A DNA stretch of 64,000 bases from Candidatus Bathyarchaeota archaeon (lineage in GTDB: Archaea; Thermoproteota; Bathyarchaeia; 40CM-2-53-6). This document shows, piece by piece, positions 46,843 through 57,557 of this stretch. The notes beneath the pieces are model-generated. The model was not told the origin of the DNA. It saw only the letters and a program-made list of their open reading frames with translations, and did no database searches. The number at the start of each line of letters is the position of its first letter. Positions within the stretch are counted from its first letter, which is position 1. The stretch covers positions 268,901-332,900 of the forward strand of contig CAWJRR010000002.1 of the NCBI GenBank assembly GCA_963845275.1. The letters run 5' to 3'. The position numbers and the translations under genes were made by a program.

Positions 46843-47787
46843 ATGGCTGACTATGATATCGTCATCATCGGATCAGGTCCAGCAGGTTTGACAGCAGCGA
46901 TATACGCTGCTCGTGCACTCGTAAGAACTCTTGTAATCGCCGGTAGAGTTTCTGGTGGACAACTCATGCTAACGAGTGGCGTTGAGAACTTTCCCGGATT
47001 TTCCAACGGGATCCAAGGTCCGGACCTCATGGCGGAAATGCGTAAGCAAGCTGAACGTTTCGGAGCGGAAATCGTTGATGAGGATGTTGAATCAGTAGAC
47101 TTCAAGCAGAAACTGAAACGAGTCGCTTTCGGAAACCGATCAGTGACTTCAAGCGTAGTCATCATAGCATCGGGCTCGTCCGCGAAATGGCTAGGAATAC
47201 CTTCAGAAGCAAAGTTGCGCGGACGCGGCGTTTCGAGTTGTGCAACATGCGATGGATATTTCTTCAGAAACAAACGTGTCGCGGTGGTTGGTGGAGGCGA
47301 TACCGCTCTTGAGGAGGCTCTTTTCTTGACGAAGTATGCGACAGAGGTTGTAATCATCCACAGACGCGACAAACTTCGAGCAACAAAGATTATGCAACGA
47401 AGGGCGACATCAGATTCTAAGATTCGATTCCTCTGGGATTCAGTTGTTGACGACGTCCTTGGACAGAACAAGGTGGAGAGCCTCAAAATCAGGAACTTGA
47501 AAACACATGAAGTTTCAATGTTACCCTGCGACGGTATATTTGTCGCGATAGGATTCCAGCCGAACACCAAAGTATTCGAGGGACAGATCGAACTCGACGA
47601 AAAAGGGTACATCACAGTTAGAAACAATACGCAGACGAGCGTAGACGGCGTGTTTGTTGCAGGGGACGTACATGACTACAAATACAGGCAGGCCATAACC
47701 GCCGCTGGAGAAGGTTGCAAAGCTGCTATTGACGCATTATCCTACTTGGACAAGCAAAAGGAAATTGCTGTCGCTGCTCATGAGTGA
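46843..47787 (+). CDS. trxB: Thioredoxin-disulfide reductase
   Basis: FAD motif GSGPAGLTAAIYAAR, redox-active CATCDG and NADPH motif VVGGGDTALEEA. Confidence 0.9.
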   Translation: MADYDIVIIGSGPAGLTAAIYAARALVRTLVIAGRVSGGQLMLTSGVENFPGFSNGIQGPDLMAEMRKQAERFGAEIVDEDVESVDFKQKLKRVAFGNRSVTSSVVIIASGSSAKWLGIPSEAKLRGRGVSSCATCDGYFFRNKRVAVVGGGDTALEEALFLTKYATEVVIIHRRDKLRATKIMQRRATSDSKIRFLWDSVVDDVLGQNKVESLKIRNLKTHEVSMLPCDGIFVAIGFQPNTKVFEGQIELDEKGYITVRNNTQTSVDGVFVAGDVHDYKYRQAITAAGEGCKAAIDALSYLDKQKEIAVAAHE

Positions 47788-48144
47788 TTAGCGGAACTAT
47801 AGCCCTAACCCTTTGAAAAGAAATTTCTTTTGGCAGATCGGACAGCACGCTGTTTCTCGCGGGATCGTCTGGCCACAATATCCACATCTGATATAGGCAG
47901 AAGCTACTTGCATCAAACATCATCCAGAAGGAAGATTGCCTTCTGATTTTGATATTTCTTCTGCATATCAAGCAACATTCGTTGCGGTCAAGTTATAATT
48001 ATACAATCTTCAATCAAGGTTAGTGAGCTTTCATTCTTCAATCGTCAGATATGATCATACATACTAACGTACGATGGTTCAGTCCCTGACGAGAGCAAGA
48101 AGTGCGACCATGGAATTTTTGATTCGCAATCGCGTCGTTTTCTT

Positions 48145-49185
48145 CTAGAATGTTTTGAGCATCACTGACCTATCTTCTCCAATCGAATTCAATCGAGCTG
48201 ACGGAGGCGGCAGATCAATCACGGTGCGAAGTCCTGGCTCGAGTGATTCTAGTCTTGGAATCGAGTTCACTACGACAGCTGGAGTTGCCCTGTCCCCTTG
48301 GACCCCACCTTTTATGGTCAAGTCAATAGGAGGGACACCTTCAATCAAGATCGAATCATGCGGATTTTGAGCTCCTATGTACATCCTAAGGTCTAGAACA
48401 ACCAATTCTTGACCCGCCAGGATGCCTTTCGCTACTTGGCGGATGCCGGCAACGAGACCTGCTTGAACTTTCAAGAATTCGCTCTCCAAATTCTTCTCAG
48501 CAACAATTGGCGCTATTCTCTCCTGTATCTCGCCAACTTTCCAACCCATTGCTAGTGCTATCAGACCAACGGATTCGGGAAGCCCGACATGCCTTACAGA
48601 TGTATCTGCAACTCTGCGTTCAAATTCCAGGGCTGTCAGGCCTGCACCAATCCTTCTTTGAAACGGAAGACTCATTCTGGCTGCATCCACGACGCGTTCA
48701 GCACGGATCGAAGTAACCTGTTGACATACGCCACTCAATACTACGGGAAGAGTGTCAAGCAGAAAACCAGGGTTAACTCCGGTTCCAAGCACAATTTTCT
48801 TCTTGGATTTTGCTAAATCGTCGAGTTTCTGAGAGGCTTCCGGATATTTGACGAAAGGATATGTCAATTCTTCAGCGGTCGAAATAACATTCACTTCGTG
48901 TTCCAGAATTTTCACGAGTTGCGGGTATATAGTCTGCATCTCTGACGAAGTCGCGTGAGTTACGACTTGAGGAGTGGTTCGACTCAATACATCGTCTAGA
49001 TGTTTACTTACAATAATTCCAGTTTGTCGCGCAGTTTTCAAAAATTGGCCGACATCTTTGTCAGCCTTGTCAGCATCCATGTCGATTGCTCCCACAAGTT
49101 CGGCCCAAGGTCGCGTGAGAAGTGTTTCCACAATCTCCAATCCGACAGGACCCAACCCGTACTGTACCACCCTTATTTTTCCCAA
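48145..49185 (-). CDS. DapB-N-like NAD(P)-dependent oxidoreductase (amine dehydrogenase/2,4-diaminopentanoate dehydrogenase-like family)
   Basis: N-terminal Rossmann segment IRVVQYGLGPVGLEIV, a central GTGVNPGFLLDTLP, and HVGLPESVGLIA. Confidence 0.55.
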   Translation of the reverse strand: MGKIRVVQYGLGPVGLEIVETLLTRPWAELVGAIDMDADKADKDVGQFLKTARQTGIIVSKHLDDVLSRTTPQVVTHATSSEMQTIYPQLVKILEHEVNVISTAEELTYPFVKYPEASQKLDDLAKSKKKIVLGTGVNPGFLLDTLPVVLSGVCQQVTSIRAERVVDAARMSLPFQRRIGAGLTALEFERRVADTSVRHVGLPESVGLIALAMGWKVGEIQERIAPIVAEKNLESEFLKVQAGLVAGIRQVAKGILAGQELVVLDLRMYIGAQNPHDSILIEGVPPIDLTIKGGVQGDRATPAVVVNSIPRLESLEPGLRTVIDLPPPSARLNSIGEDRSVMLKTF

Positions 49186-49344
49186 ACCAGTCAGCCCTTC
49201 CTGAACTCGGGATATTAGCTGTTAATATATGTAAAAGAAATGACGCAATCAAGATGGACTCGAAAGTGTCTTTTACTTAACCTGACTGATTATAATACTC
49301 GGTCCGTGAGGTTTACGCTTCCACATCGAATAACCTACGATCTT

Positions 49345-51327
49345 ATGCCCGCGCTGACCCCTTTGATAATGTACGCTGTATTGTCAGGCTTCGCTGCCAT
49401 TTTCGTTTATGGAGTGTACCGACGTTTCAGAATGTATTTTCGAGGAGTCACTGGATTTCAATTAGATAGATTGGGCTCTCGAATCGAGAGAGTATTCGTG
49501 AACGTATTTGCTCAGCGTAAAGTTATGAGAAAACAGTACCCAGGTTTAATGCATTTACTCATTTACCTGGGGTTCATTGTTCTCTTCATAGGAACTTTGC
49601 TCGTGTTCCTAGATTATGATATTTGGAAAACTTTCTTTAACCAGCAAATCCTCGTAGGCAACTTCTACCTCGTTTATGAAGCATCTCTCGACGCCTTCGG
49701 TCTGGTGGCTATCGCAGGCCTTGTGTTCGGGATATTTCGCCGCTCCGTAACAAGACCATCAAACTTGCCAAGTTCAAGAGATGACGTGTTCGTTTTCTCA
49801 ATTCTTCTCGTAATTCTCATCACAGGCTATATCATGGAGGGTATTCGCCTAGCCGTAGACAATCCACCTTGGGCTTCATGGTCATTCGTTGGCTATCGTG
49901 TGGCACTTCTTCTTCTGGCCTCGTTCGGTAAGCAAGTTATCAATGTCTACCCAGCGCTATGGTGGTTCCATGCACTCCTAGCTTTCACGGCTTTTGCAAC
50001 TATTCCATACACAAAACTGTTCCATTTGATCACATCACCATTCAACGCGCTGTTCGCAGATCAAAGGCCAATTGGACAATTGAGCACGCCTTTCGACTTA
50101 CGACAGTTAGTAGCATCAGGCAACTTCGACGTTAAGGTTGGGGCGACTGCTATTAGTGATTTCTCTTGGCGAGAGAGGCTTTCTTTCGACTCCTGCACTT
50201 CGTGTGGTAGGTGTAGCAATGCCTGTCCTGCAACCGCTGCAGAAACTCCGCTGTCTCCCATGCACTTGATACTCAAACTCCGGAATGCCATGCTAACAGA
50301 ACAAAAATCTGGCTTACCGGTGATAGGTTCAGTTATCGATCCAGAAGAACTGTGGTCCTGTACAACATGCAGGGCGTGCGTCCATGAATGTCCAGTGTTG
50401 ATCGATCACATCGACGCGATCGTGGACATGAGACGTCATCTTGTTGGAGAAGGAAAGTTAGAACGTGCCAAAAGAGACTTGCTCAACAATCTAAGCAACT
50501 CCGCAAATCCTTACGGGCTCCCAGCCAGCGATCGACTGAACTGGGCAAAGGGCCTTGATGTCAAGACTGTAAAAGAGCAACCGGAATTTGATGTCCTCTA
50601 CTGGGTAGGTTGCTCCGGTTCATACGACCCGAGAAATCAAGCCGTATCCCGCGCTATGGTTAAGATTCTGCGCGCCGCCAAGGTACGCTTCTCCGTTCTA
50701 GGAAATGAAGAGAGATGCAACTGTGAAGTTGCGAGACGTTTAGGCGAGGAAGGTCGCTTTCAACAATCAGCACTCGAGCTGATCCAACTGTTCGAAAGAT
50801 ACAATGTTAAGACAATCCTCACCCAATGCCCTCACTGCTTCAACACCTTCAAGAATGAATATCCTGAATTCGGTGCGTCTTTTCAAGCAATTCATCACAC
50901 ACAATTCATCGCCGAACTCATCGAGTCCGGCCGGTTGACCTTAAGAAAAGGAACTGAACAAATCCTGACTTTTCATGATCCATGCTATCTCGGAAGATAC
51001 AACTCAGTGTATGATAAGCCCAGATCAATACTCACATCACTAGGACCAGTTACAATCCGAGAGATGCATCGTCATGGTGAGAATAGCTTCTGCTGCGGAG
51101 CTGGCGGGGCGAATTTCTGGTACAAAGTCGACCAAAAGAAAAGGATTAATCAGATACGATTCGACGAAGCCAGACAAACAAAATCGAGTATCCTTGCAAC
51201 CGCGTGCCCGTTTTGCACTTCAATGTTTGAGGACGCAGCTGTGTCTCTTGGATCGACAACCTCACCTACAGTGAAGGATGTTGCTGAGCTCGTAGCAGAC
51301 TTGATTGACCCTTCTCAATTTTATTAG
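49345..51327 (+). CDS. Membrane-bound Fe-S oxidoreductase (N-terminal multi-TM domain, 2x[4Fe-4S] ferredoxin motifs, two CCG domains; HdrD/GlpC/EMO-like)
   Basis: CTSCGRCSNACP and CTTCRACVHECP are followed by the CCG-type motifs WVGCSGSYD, CPHCFNTFK, DPCYLGRYN, CCGAGG and CPFCTSMFED. It sits directly upstream of etfBA. The track ORF begins at 49240. Confidence 0.8.
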   Translation: MPALTPLIMYAVLSGFAAIFVYGVYRRFRMYFRGVTGFQLDRLGSRIERVFVNVFAQRKVMRKQYPGLMHLLIYLGFIVLFIGTLLVFLDYDIWKTFFNQQILVGNFYLVYEASLDAFGLVAIAGLVFGIFRRSVTRPSNLPSSRDDVFVFSILLVILITGYIMEGIRLAVDNPPWASWSFVGYRVALLLLASFGKQVINVYPALWWFHALLAFTAFATIPYTKLFHLITSPFNALFADQRPIGQLSTPFDLRQLVASGNFDVKVGATAISDFSWRERLSFDSCTSCGRCSNACPATAAETPLSPMHLILKLRNAMLTEQKSGLPVIGSVIDPEELWSCTTCRACVHECPVLIDHIDAIVDMRRHLVGEGKLERAKRDLLNNLSNSANPYGLPASDRLNWAKGLDVKTVKEQPEFDVLYWVGCSGSYDPRNQAVSRAMVKILRAAKVRFSVLGNEERCNCEVARRLGEEGRFQQSALELIQLFERYNVKTILTQCPHCFNTFKNEYPEFGASFQAIHHTQFIAELIESGRLTLRKGTEQILTFHDPCYLGRYNSVYDKPRSILTSLGPVTIREMHRHGENSFCCGAGGANFWYKVDQKKRINQIRFDEARQTKSSILATACPFCTSMFEDAAVSLGSTTSPTVKDVAELVADLIDPSQFY

Positions 51328-51368
51328 TTTGAGCAAGTCTCTCCAAGGGTCACGCTTAGTGAAGGAAC

Positions 51369-52160
51369 ATGGTAAACATCATCGTGCTCGTAAAGCAGGT
51401 CTTACAGACTGCGGAACTCAAAATAGACAAAACAAGCAAAGGTATAGTGACTCAGGGAGTCCCCCGAGTTATCAGTGAGACAGACAAGAATGCCATGGAA
51501 GAAGCGGTTCGAATCAAAGAGAAACACGGAGGAAACATCACAGCTCTAAGCATGGGTCCTCCTGAAGCAAAGGAAGCTCTCAGAGAGGCGTTAGCGATGG
51601 GTGCAGACGAAGCAGTTCTCCTGACGGATCCGCGATTCGAAGGATCAGATTCACATGCAGTAGCAAGCGTACTAGCAGCCGCAGTTACAAAAATACTCGA
51701 TTACGATTTGATAATTTGTGGCGCATATTCAGAGGATATGTTCGCATTTCAAGTTGGACCCAGACTAGCAGAGGAGTGCAATCTTCCCCAGTTCACTTAT
51801 GCAACCAAGATAACTTTGGAGGGAACCAAGATCATCGTCGAGAGAGATTTGGAGAACGAACGTCAGATTGTGGAAGGAAAACTACCCTGCTTGGTAACTG
51901 TCGTGAGAGAAATCAACGAACCCAGACTCCCGACACTGATGGCAATAATGGCTTCATCAAAGAAACCAACCTCGATATGGTCGGCCGATGACCTACACCT
52001 TACGGAGAGTGAATTGGGATACAACGGATCTTTAGACGAGCTTCTAAGAAGCATGGTTAGCTCAGGGGAAAGAAAGCGCATAATCCTACAGGGAGAAGCC
52101 AAGGACGCTGTCCTCAAACTCACTCGGGCGCTCCAACAGGAAGGAATTCTGAAGGGCTGA
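51369..52160 (+). CDS. etfB: Electron transfer flavoprotein beta subunit
   Basis: MVNIIVLVKQV...ISETDKNAMEEAVRIKE...ALSMGP matches the EtfB pattern. It is followed by etfA. Confidence 0.85.
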   Translation: MVNIIVLVKQVLQTAELKIDKTSKGIVTQGVPRVISETDKNAMEEAVRIKEKHGGNITALSMGPPEAKEALREALAMGADEAVLLTDPRFEGSDSHAVASVLAAAVTKILDYDLIICGAYSEDMFAFQVGPRLAEECNLPQFTYATKITLEGTKIIVERDLENERQIVEGKLPCLVTVVREINEPRLPTLMAIMASSKKPTSIWSADDLHLTESELGYNGSLDELLRSMVSSGERKRIILQGEAKDAVLKLTRALQQEGILKG

Positions 52161-52163
52161 AAA

Positions 52164-53138
52164 ATGGGACAAGAGAAACGTGACGTTTGGGTTTACTCAG
52201 AGCAACCTCAACACGCATTCGAACTTCTTGGAAAGGGAAATGTGCTTTCCGAGGAATTAGGCTCAGACCTTGTTGCATTTGCAACGACACCGGGAAGTGC
52301 TGACGAATACATCAGGCACGGTGCCGACAAAGTCATCCTAGTGAACCACCCGCTGCTAGGCGAATTTCAGGTTGACACGTATACTGATGCATTGTCAGAG
52401 CTGGCGAATGAGCACAAACCAGAGATAATCCTGATCGGCGCAACAAGAAACGGGTTGGAGCTTGCACCCCGCCTCGCAGAACGATTGAAAACAGGCTGTG
52501 TAACTGAAGTAACAAGAATTGAGTTAGACGCAGACAAGAAATTCCTTCTTATGGATAGAGTAACTATGGGAGGAAACCTTGTCGAAACTCATATCTCACG
52601 CTCAAAACCACAGATTGCAACCGTGCCCAAAGGCCTGTTTGCCCAGAGTACACTAGATCCATCACACAAAGGCCAAGTAATCATCGCGGAGCCAACAATC
52701 AAATCTCCAACAACGAAACTCCTCGAAAAGAAGCCCAAGGAGGTAAAGGGAGTGAAACTGTCAGACGCTACCATAATCGTCTCCTTCGGTCGAGGAGTTC
52801 GAAAGAAAGAAGACATTATTGTGGTGGAAGATTTTGCGAAAGCCGTGGGTGGCGTAGTCGGATGTTCGCGCCCAATTGCTGAAGATCTCGGATGGTTGCC
52901 TGAGGAACAATACATTGGGCTGTCAGGCCAGAAGGTTAACCCGAAATTGTACTTCGCTTGTGGAATCTCAGGTCAAATTCAGCATCTCACGGGAATAAGG
53001 AACAGCAAAGTGATAGTATCGATCAATAATGATCCTAAAGCCCCAATATTCGAATTCAGCGACTACGGAATCGTAGGCGATCTCTATACGATATTGCCCA
53101 TCCTCACAGACGCTATCCGGCAACTGGTGAAGAATTAA
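52164..53138 (+). CDS. etfA: Electron transfer flavoprotein alpha subunit
   Basis: C-terminal FAD motif PKLYFACGISGQIQHLTG. Confidence 0.85.
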   Translation: MGQEKRDVWVYSEQPQHAFELLGKGNVLSEELGSDLVAFATTPGSADEYIRHGADKVILVNHPLLGEFQVDTYTDALSELANEHKPEIILIGATRNGLELAPRLAERLKTGCVTEVTRIELDADKKFLLMDRVTMGGNLVETHISRSKPQIATVPKGLFAQSTLDPSHKGQVIIAEPTIKSPTTKLLEKKPKEVKGVKLSDATIIVSFGRGVRKKEDIIVVEDFAKAVGGVVGCSRPIAEDLGWLPEEQYIGLSGQKVNPKLYFACGISGQIQHLTGIRNSKVIVSINNDPKAPIFEFSDYGIVGDLYTILPILTDAIRQLVKN

Positions 53139-54361
53139 TCTCTCCCAAGAACGTACGAAGGCATAGAGAGAACAGAGGCCGAAAGAAGCGTAATGAAGAG
53201 TCTTGGGTCTAGCGCGAGGGAGGATAGGATTTTCCCCTGAAAATCAATGTCTGATGCTTTCTCCAAAACTTCGTCAGTTCTGAACTGTTTTGATATGGCG
53301 AAAATCCTGTTAAGATGTTTATCTGGCATTCCATACATTAGACGTCTTAGCAAACTCATGACTTTCAAATCGAAGCCAATCAGTCGCCGCCAAGAATCTT
53401 CATAGCTTTTCAAGAATGAGGATGACGTATTGCCGTCCAGAATTGCCCTGGCCGCGGTTTGTCCAGCAAGTTTTCCGCAAGCTAGTCCGAATACGATCCC
53501 TCCCCCTGTTGTAGGCTTAACTTGAGAAGCAGCGTCACCGACGGCTAGAAATGCATCTGAGTAGGTTTGGCCACTTGCACCATTGACTGGAATGGGATGA
53601 AAGTTAGGCGCCGTGACATACTTCGCGTTTCTAAGTTTCAAAGATGCCACGGGATGTTTCTTCAGAAACCTTTCAAGGCACAGCCGAATGTTTGACCGAA
53701 CGGCAGCAGCTAAACCAACTTTCGCAGAGCCGTCCTTTCGCGGAATTATCCAACCAAAGAATCCTGGGGCAAACTGCTGGCCGAAATACAGTTCCACGAA
53801 GTCAGGGTCAACGTCGGCAACGTGTTCGACATGAACCTGGGCTGAGTTAACGAATTTCCGCACGTCTTGTCTAAAGACCTTCAGGTGCCGTGAAATGGGG
53901 GCTCCGCAACCGCCCGCATCGATCACCATCTTGCATGAAATTTCACCATGAGGCGTCCTCAGTTTGATCAAGTGATCAGATTGTTTAATTCCATTTATTC
54001 TGCAATCTAGATTGAGAGTCGCCCCTTTCTCCACTGCAAGAGAAGCGAGGTATTGGTCGAATTTTGCTCTGTTGATAACCCATGTTACTGGAGTTGGTCG
54101 ACGTAGGACTAAGCGTTCTCCATTAGGTGCATTGAGGATTCCTCCTTTGATCTCATTCTCTATAAGGTTGGGGGAAAACTGCGGGCCATATCGTTTGAAC
54201 GATTCTATTCCGACATGGCCTGAACAGTGGGAAGGATAGCCGATCTCTGAGTGTTCTTCGAAGATCGCGACAGATACTCCATCTGCGGCGGCTGCAAGGG
54301 CTGATGTTGCGCCGCTGACACCACATCCCACGATGGCTAGATCGACTGATTGTGTTAACAA
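53135..54361 (-). CDS. FAD-dependent oxidoreductase of the geranylgeranyl reductase/FixC-like family
   Basis: DLAIVGCGVSGATSALAAAADG dinucleotide motif and a later VGDAASQVKPTTGGGI. Convergent with etfA, with a 4-nt overlap. Confidence 0.75.
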   Translation of the reverse strand: MLTQSVDLAIVGCGVSGATSALAAAADGVSVAIFEEHSEIGYPSHCSGHVGIESFKRYGPQFSPNLIENEIKGGILNAPNGERLVLRRPTPVTWVINRAKFDQYLASLAVEKGATLNLDCRINGIKQSDHLIKLRTPHGEISCKMVIDAGGCGAPISRHLKVFRQDVRKFVNSAQVHVEHVADVDPDFVELYFGQQFAPGFFGWIIPRKDGSAKVGLAAAVRSNIRLCLERFLKKHPVASLKLRNAKYVTAPNFHPIPVNGASGQTYSDAFLAVGDAASQVKPTTGGGIVFGLACGKLAGQTAARAILDGNTSSSFLKSYEDSWRRLIGFDLKVMSLLRRLMYGMPDKHLNRIFAISKQFRTDEVLEKASDIDFQGKILSSLALDPRLFITLLSASVLSMPSYVLGRD

Positions 54362-54364
54362 GAA

Positions 54365-54616
54365 TCAATCTTGCTTTCGACGTTCTGATTGTTCTACGAG
54401 TTCCACGCGCCGTTTCCCTTTCATTTGTCTTGAAACTCGAATTGTTCCGTTCACTTCCAATTTCATGAGTATTTCGTTTAATTCGCGGAAGCTCATATCC
54501 TCTTTCCCGTTTTTCACTTCTTTTAGTAATTCGTCATCGGTCAACGGACCTTTTCGTCCGATGAGATCAAGGACTGTGAGTTGTAGTGGGCGGGGTCCCC
54601 AAACTTTCGTGGCCAA
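54365..54616 (-). CDS. Small wHTH-like protein (hypothetical)
   Basis: 83 aa. LTVLDLIGRKGPLTDDELLKEV...LNEILMKLEVNGTIRV resembles a winged helix. Confidence 0.45.
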   Translation of the reverse strand: MATKVWGPRPLQLTVLDLIGRKGPLTDDELLKEVKNGKEDMSFRELNEILMKLEVNGTIRVSRQMKGKRRVELVEQSERRKQD

Positions 54617-54630
54617 AGTGTAACCGCTTC

Positions 54631-56820
54631 TTATGCTACTGGAGTAGGCGCTGCGGCTCTTTCTCGTCTAAGCCTCTTGGAGAACTTCTGGTACCATGCA
54701 TCATCTTCCGGAGTAATGCTGGGTCCCACTCGTTCCATGGCTTCGTCGAAATCGCGACGTGAAACTTCCGTGGCATTCACATCCTCTCGTAATGCATTCA
54801 TGGCGGCTTCTCTGCAAATCGCCTCAATATCTGCACCGGAGTATCCCTGCGCCTTCCGTGCTAGTTCATCGAGTGTTACATCTTGAGAGAGAGGCATCGA
54901 ACCTGCGTGAATCTTGAAGATCTCTTTGAGAGAGTCTAGATCGGGTGAGGGTACGAAGATTAGTCTATCGAATCTTCCTGGGCGCATGACTGCCGGATCC
55001 AGAATATCTGGGCGGTTTGTTGCGGCTATTACTAGAACGTTCTGCAGGGTTTCTATACCGTCAATCTCAGTCAGGAGTTGGCTGATCACCCGTTCACTAG
55101 CCCCGGAATCGGCATACCCTAAGCCTCGTTTTGGTACGATCGCATCAAGTTCATCGAAGAATATGATGGAAGGCGCTGCGGTTCTTCCTTTTCGGAATAC
55201 TTCACGAATAGCCTTCTCTGATTCTCCTACCCACTTAGAGAATATTTCAGGACCTTTTATTGATATGAAGTTGGCTTCGCTCTCCGTTGCTACGGCCCGC
55301 GCTAGAAGTGTCTTACCGCATCCTGGCGGTCCATAGAGCAGGATTCCGCGTGGGGGTTTTATTCCCATTCTATTGAATACTTCGGGTTTCTTCAGCGGCC
55401 ATTCTACCGATTCCATAAGTTCCTGTTTTACTCGCTTCAGGCCACCCACTTGTGTCCACTGCACTTGTGGCACCTCGACGTAAACTTCGCGCATTGCTGT
55501 TGGAGTAATCTCTCGGTATGCTGACATGAAATCGTCCATGATTACGACCATTTTTTCTAGGATTTCGGGTGGAATTCGTTCTTCTTCGAGGTTTATTTCA
55601 GGTATGTAGCGTCTGAGTGCTTTCATTGCAGCTTCTCGGCACAATGACGCAATGTCGGCTCCAGTGTATCCATGTGTCACGTCCGACAGGCGTTTTAAGT
55701 CGACGTCTTCGCCCAGTGGCATATTTCGAGTGTGAATTTGCAGTACTTCGTACCTTCCGGCCTTATCTGGGACGCCAATCTCGATTTCTCGATCGAATCT
55801 TCCTGGTCGTCGTAAAGCTGGGTCAATTGCGTTAGGACGGTTAGTTGCGCCGATAACTATGATGTTGCCGCGTGATCCCATCCCGTCCATTAGAGATAGA
55901 AGTTGTGCAACAACTCGTCTCTCTACTTCTCCGGTTACCTCTTCGCGTTTCGGAGCGATTGCATCCATCTCGTCGATGAAGATTATGCTGGGTGATGTTT
56001 CCTGCGCCTTTTGGAATATCTCACGCAACCTCGCTTCAGACTCTCCGTAGAATTTCGACATAATCTCAGGTCCGGAGATTACGTAGAAATTGGCGTCGGA
56101 TTCATTCGCCACCGCTTTAGCCAGTAGTGTCTTTCCGCATCCCGGTGGGCCGTATAGAAACACTCCTCTGGGTGGTTCGATGCCTAATCGCTGGAAGAGC
56201 TCAGGGTGTCGGAGAGGGAGTTCTACCATCTCACGGATTCGTTGAATTTCCTCATGTAAACCACCTATGTCTTCGTAAGTTACTATCGGGATTCCTTTCT
56301 TCTCCGGCGTCGGTTCGCTCAGCACTTGGACGTGTGCTGCTTCCGTAATCTTAACTGCCCCGTGAGGTCGAGTTCTAGTAACAATAAGAGGTACGGCGCT
56401 TCCGAAGATCGAAAGGAGTGTCATGTCTCCTTCGATGAAGGGCATATCCATGAAGCGTCGTTTTACGAAACTCACGAACTCTTCATCAACGCTTAACCGC
56501 ACGTCCGTAGGCGCGAAAACAATAGCTTGGGCGTCTTTCACATCTGCCTTCCTTACGCTAACATATTCATTTAGAGCCACACCCGCATTTCTGCGTATCA
56601 GGCCATCCATTCTAACGATTTCCTGTCCTTGATCCTCTGCGTAAGCTGGCCAAGCCACCGCGACTGTCATCTTCTTCCCGTGAATTTCAACAAAATCTCC
56701 GGCGGTGCTTCCAAGCTTTTGCATAGTGTCGTTGTCTATGCGGACCTTACCGTGACCGACATCCCTTTGTCTCGCGTCAGCAACTCGTAAAGATATTTCT
56801 TTGCTGCTCATTTTTCTCAT
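54631..56820 (-). CDS. cdc48: Cdc48/VCP-type AAA+ ATPase (N-domain plus D1 and D2)
   Basis: Two Walker A motifs GPPGCGKT, two Walker B motifs (IIFIDEMD and IIFFDELD), and an N-terminal double-psi-barrel-like segment. Confidence 0.95.
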   Translation of the reverse strand: MRKMSSKEISLRVADARQRDVGHGKVRIDNDTMQKLGSTAGDFVEIHGKKMTVAVAWPAYAEDQGQEIVRMDGLIRRNAGVALNEYVSVRKADVKDAQAIVFAPTDVRLSVDEEFVSFVKRRFMDMPFIEGDMTLLSIFGSAVPLIVTRTRPHGAVKITEAAHVQVLSEPTPEKKGIPIVTYEDIGGLHEEIQRIREMVELPLRHPELFQRLGIEPPRGVFLYGPPGCGKTLLAKAVANESDANFYVISGPEIMSKFYGESEARLREIFQKAQETSPSIIFIDEMDAIAPKREEVTGEVERRVVAQLLSLMDGMGSRGNIIVIGATNRPNAIDPALRRPGRFDREIEIGVPDKAGRYEVLQIHTRNMPLGEDVDLKRLSDVTHGYTGADIASLCREAAMKALRRYIPEINLEEERIPPEILEKMVVIMDDFMSAYREITPTAMREVYVEVPQVQWTQVGGLKRVKQELMESVEWPLKKPEVFNRMGIKPPRGILLYGPPGCGKTLLARAVATESEANFISIKGPEIFSKWVGESEKAIREVFRKGRTAAPSIIFFDELDAIVPKRGLGYADSGASERVISQLLTEIDGIETLQNVLVIAATNRPDILDPAVMRPGRFDRLIFVPSPDLDSLKEIFKIHAGSMPLSQDVTLDELARKAQGYSGADIEAICREAAMNALREDVNATEVSRRDFDEAMERVGPSITPEDDAWYQKFSKRLRRERAAAPTPVA

Positions 56821-57021
56821 TCTCAGAGCGTATCGTAGTATTCGCGTCGAAGAGACTTGACTGGTGAGACTAAAATTGCTTTTGCACTAGTTCTCAACCG
56901 GCAGAATAGCAGGTTGTCCAACTTATGCGTGCGATTTTGAATGCGTCTTAATTCACGAATGGAAAGCTACTGTTTAGCGGAGCGCATTTTGGATTTAAGT
57001 GTTACTGAAGGTAACAGGAAA

Positions 57022-57291
57022 CTAAACTCTTCCCATTCTCAGAACTTGAATTTCGCTTACCGCGTCGATGGAGCGAATGGCTTCTTCAACTTGTTCCATA
57101 TGTCCAGCCGCGTCTTCAGGTAGGACCACGTGTGCAATAAGCGCAACGAGGCCGAAGGCAACAGGTTCTTCGTCGAACCTTTGCACGCTAGATCCTGTGG
57201 GTAGAGAAGCCTGCACTCTTGTTTTGAGTGGGCTAAGATCAATATTTGCTTCTTTGGGGAAGATCTTGATCGAAGCGAGAACTTTGGCCAA
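57022..57291 (-). CDS. Translation elongation factor aEF-1 beta
   Basis: 89 aa. MAKVLASIKIFPKE...EEPVAFGLVALIAHVVLPED...EIQVLRMGRV is the typical aEF-1beta. Confidence 0.9.
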   Translation of the reverse strand: MAKVLASIKIFPKEANIDLSPLKTRVQASLPTGSSVQRFDEEPVAFGLVALIAHVVLPEDAAGHMEQVEEAIRSIDAVSEIQVLRMGRV

Positions 57292-57309
57292 GTGTTTACA
57301 ACCGCTTTT

Positions 57310-57513
57310 TCAGGGCCCTGTATATCCGCACTTTACGCAGCGATACGGTCGACCGAACATTCTGCACTTTTCGCATCGCCAGATGGTGACTTCGCCGCAG
57401 CTGGGGCATGGAAACTTCACTGCACCTTCGCCTGGCAAGATAGTGCGAGAACACCAAGAGCAGGTAGGCATGCGTATGACTTTCTCACTTGCTGTGGTTG
57501 TTGCACTCATCAC
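57310..57513 (-). CDS. Zn-ribbon protein commonly encoded next to aEF-1beta (COG2888-like)
   Basis: Four CxxC pairs: CSWC, CPSC, CEKC and CVKC. Confidence 0.75.
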   Translation of the reverse strand: MMSATTTASEKVIRMPTCSWCSRTILPGEGAVKFPCPSCGEVTIWRCEKCRMFGRPYRCVKCGYTGP

Positions 57514-57557
57514 TTACACTTCGAAGGCAGACGCAGTGCGTGAAGGTTATAAACTGA

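Noticed and set aside
46851-47627. 258-aa minus-strand ORF antisense to trxB
   Set aside because: trxB on the plus strand has unambiguous FAD, CATC and NADPH motifs. The antisense translation is Ser/Arg/Thr-rich and motif-free, so it is a shadow ORF.
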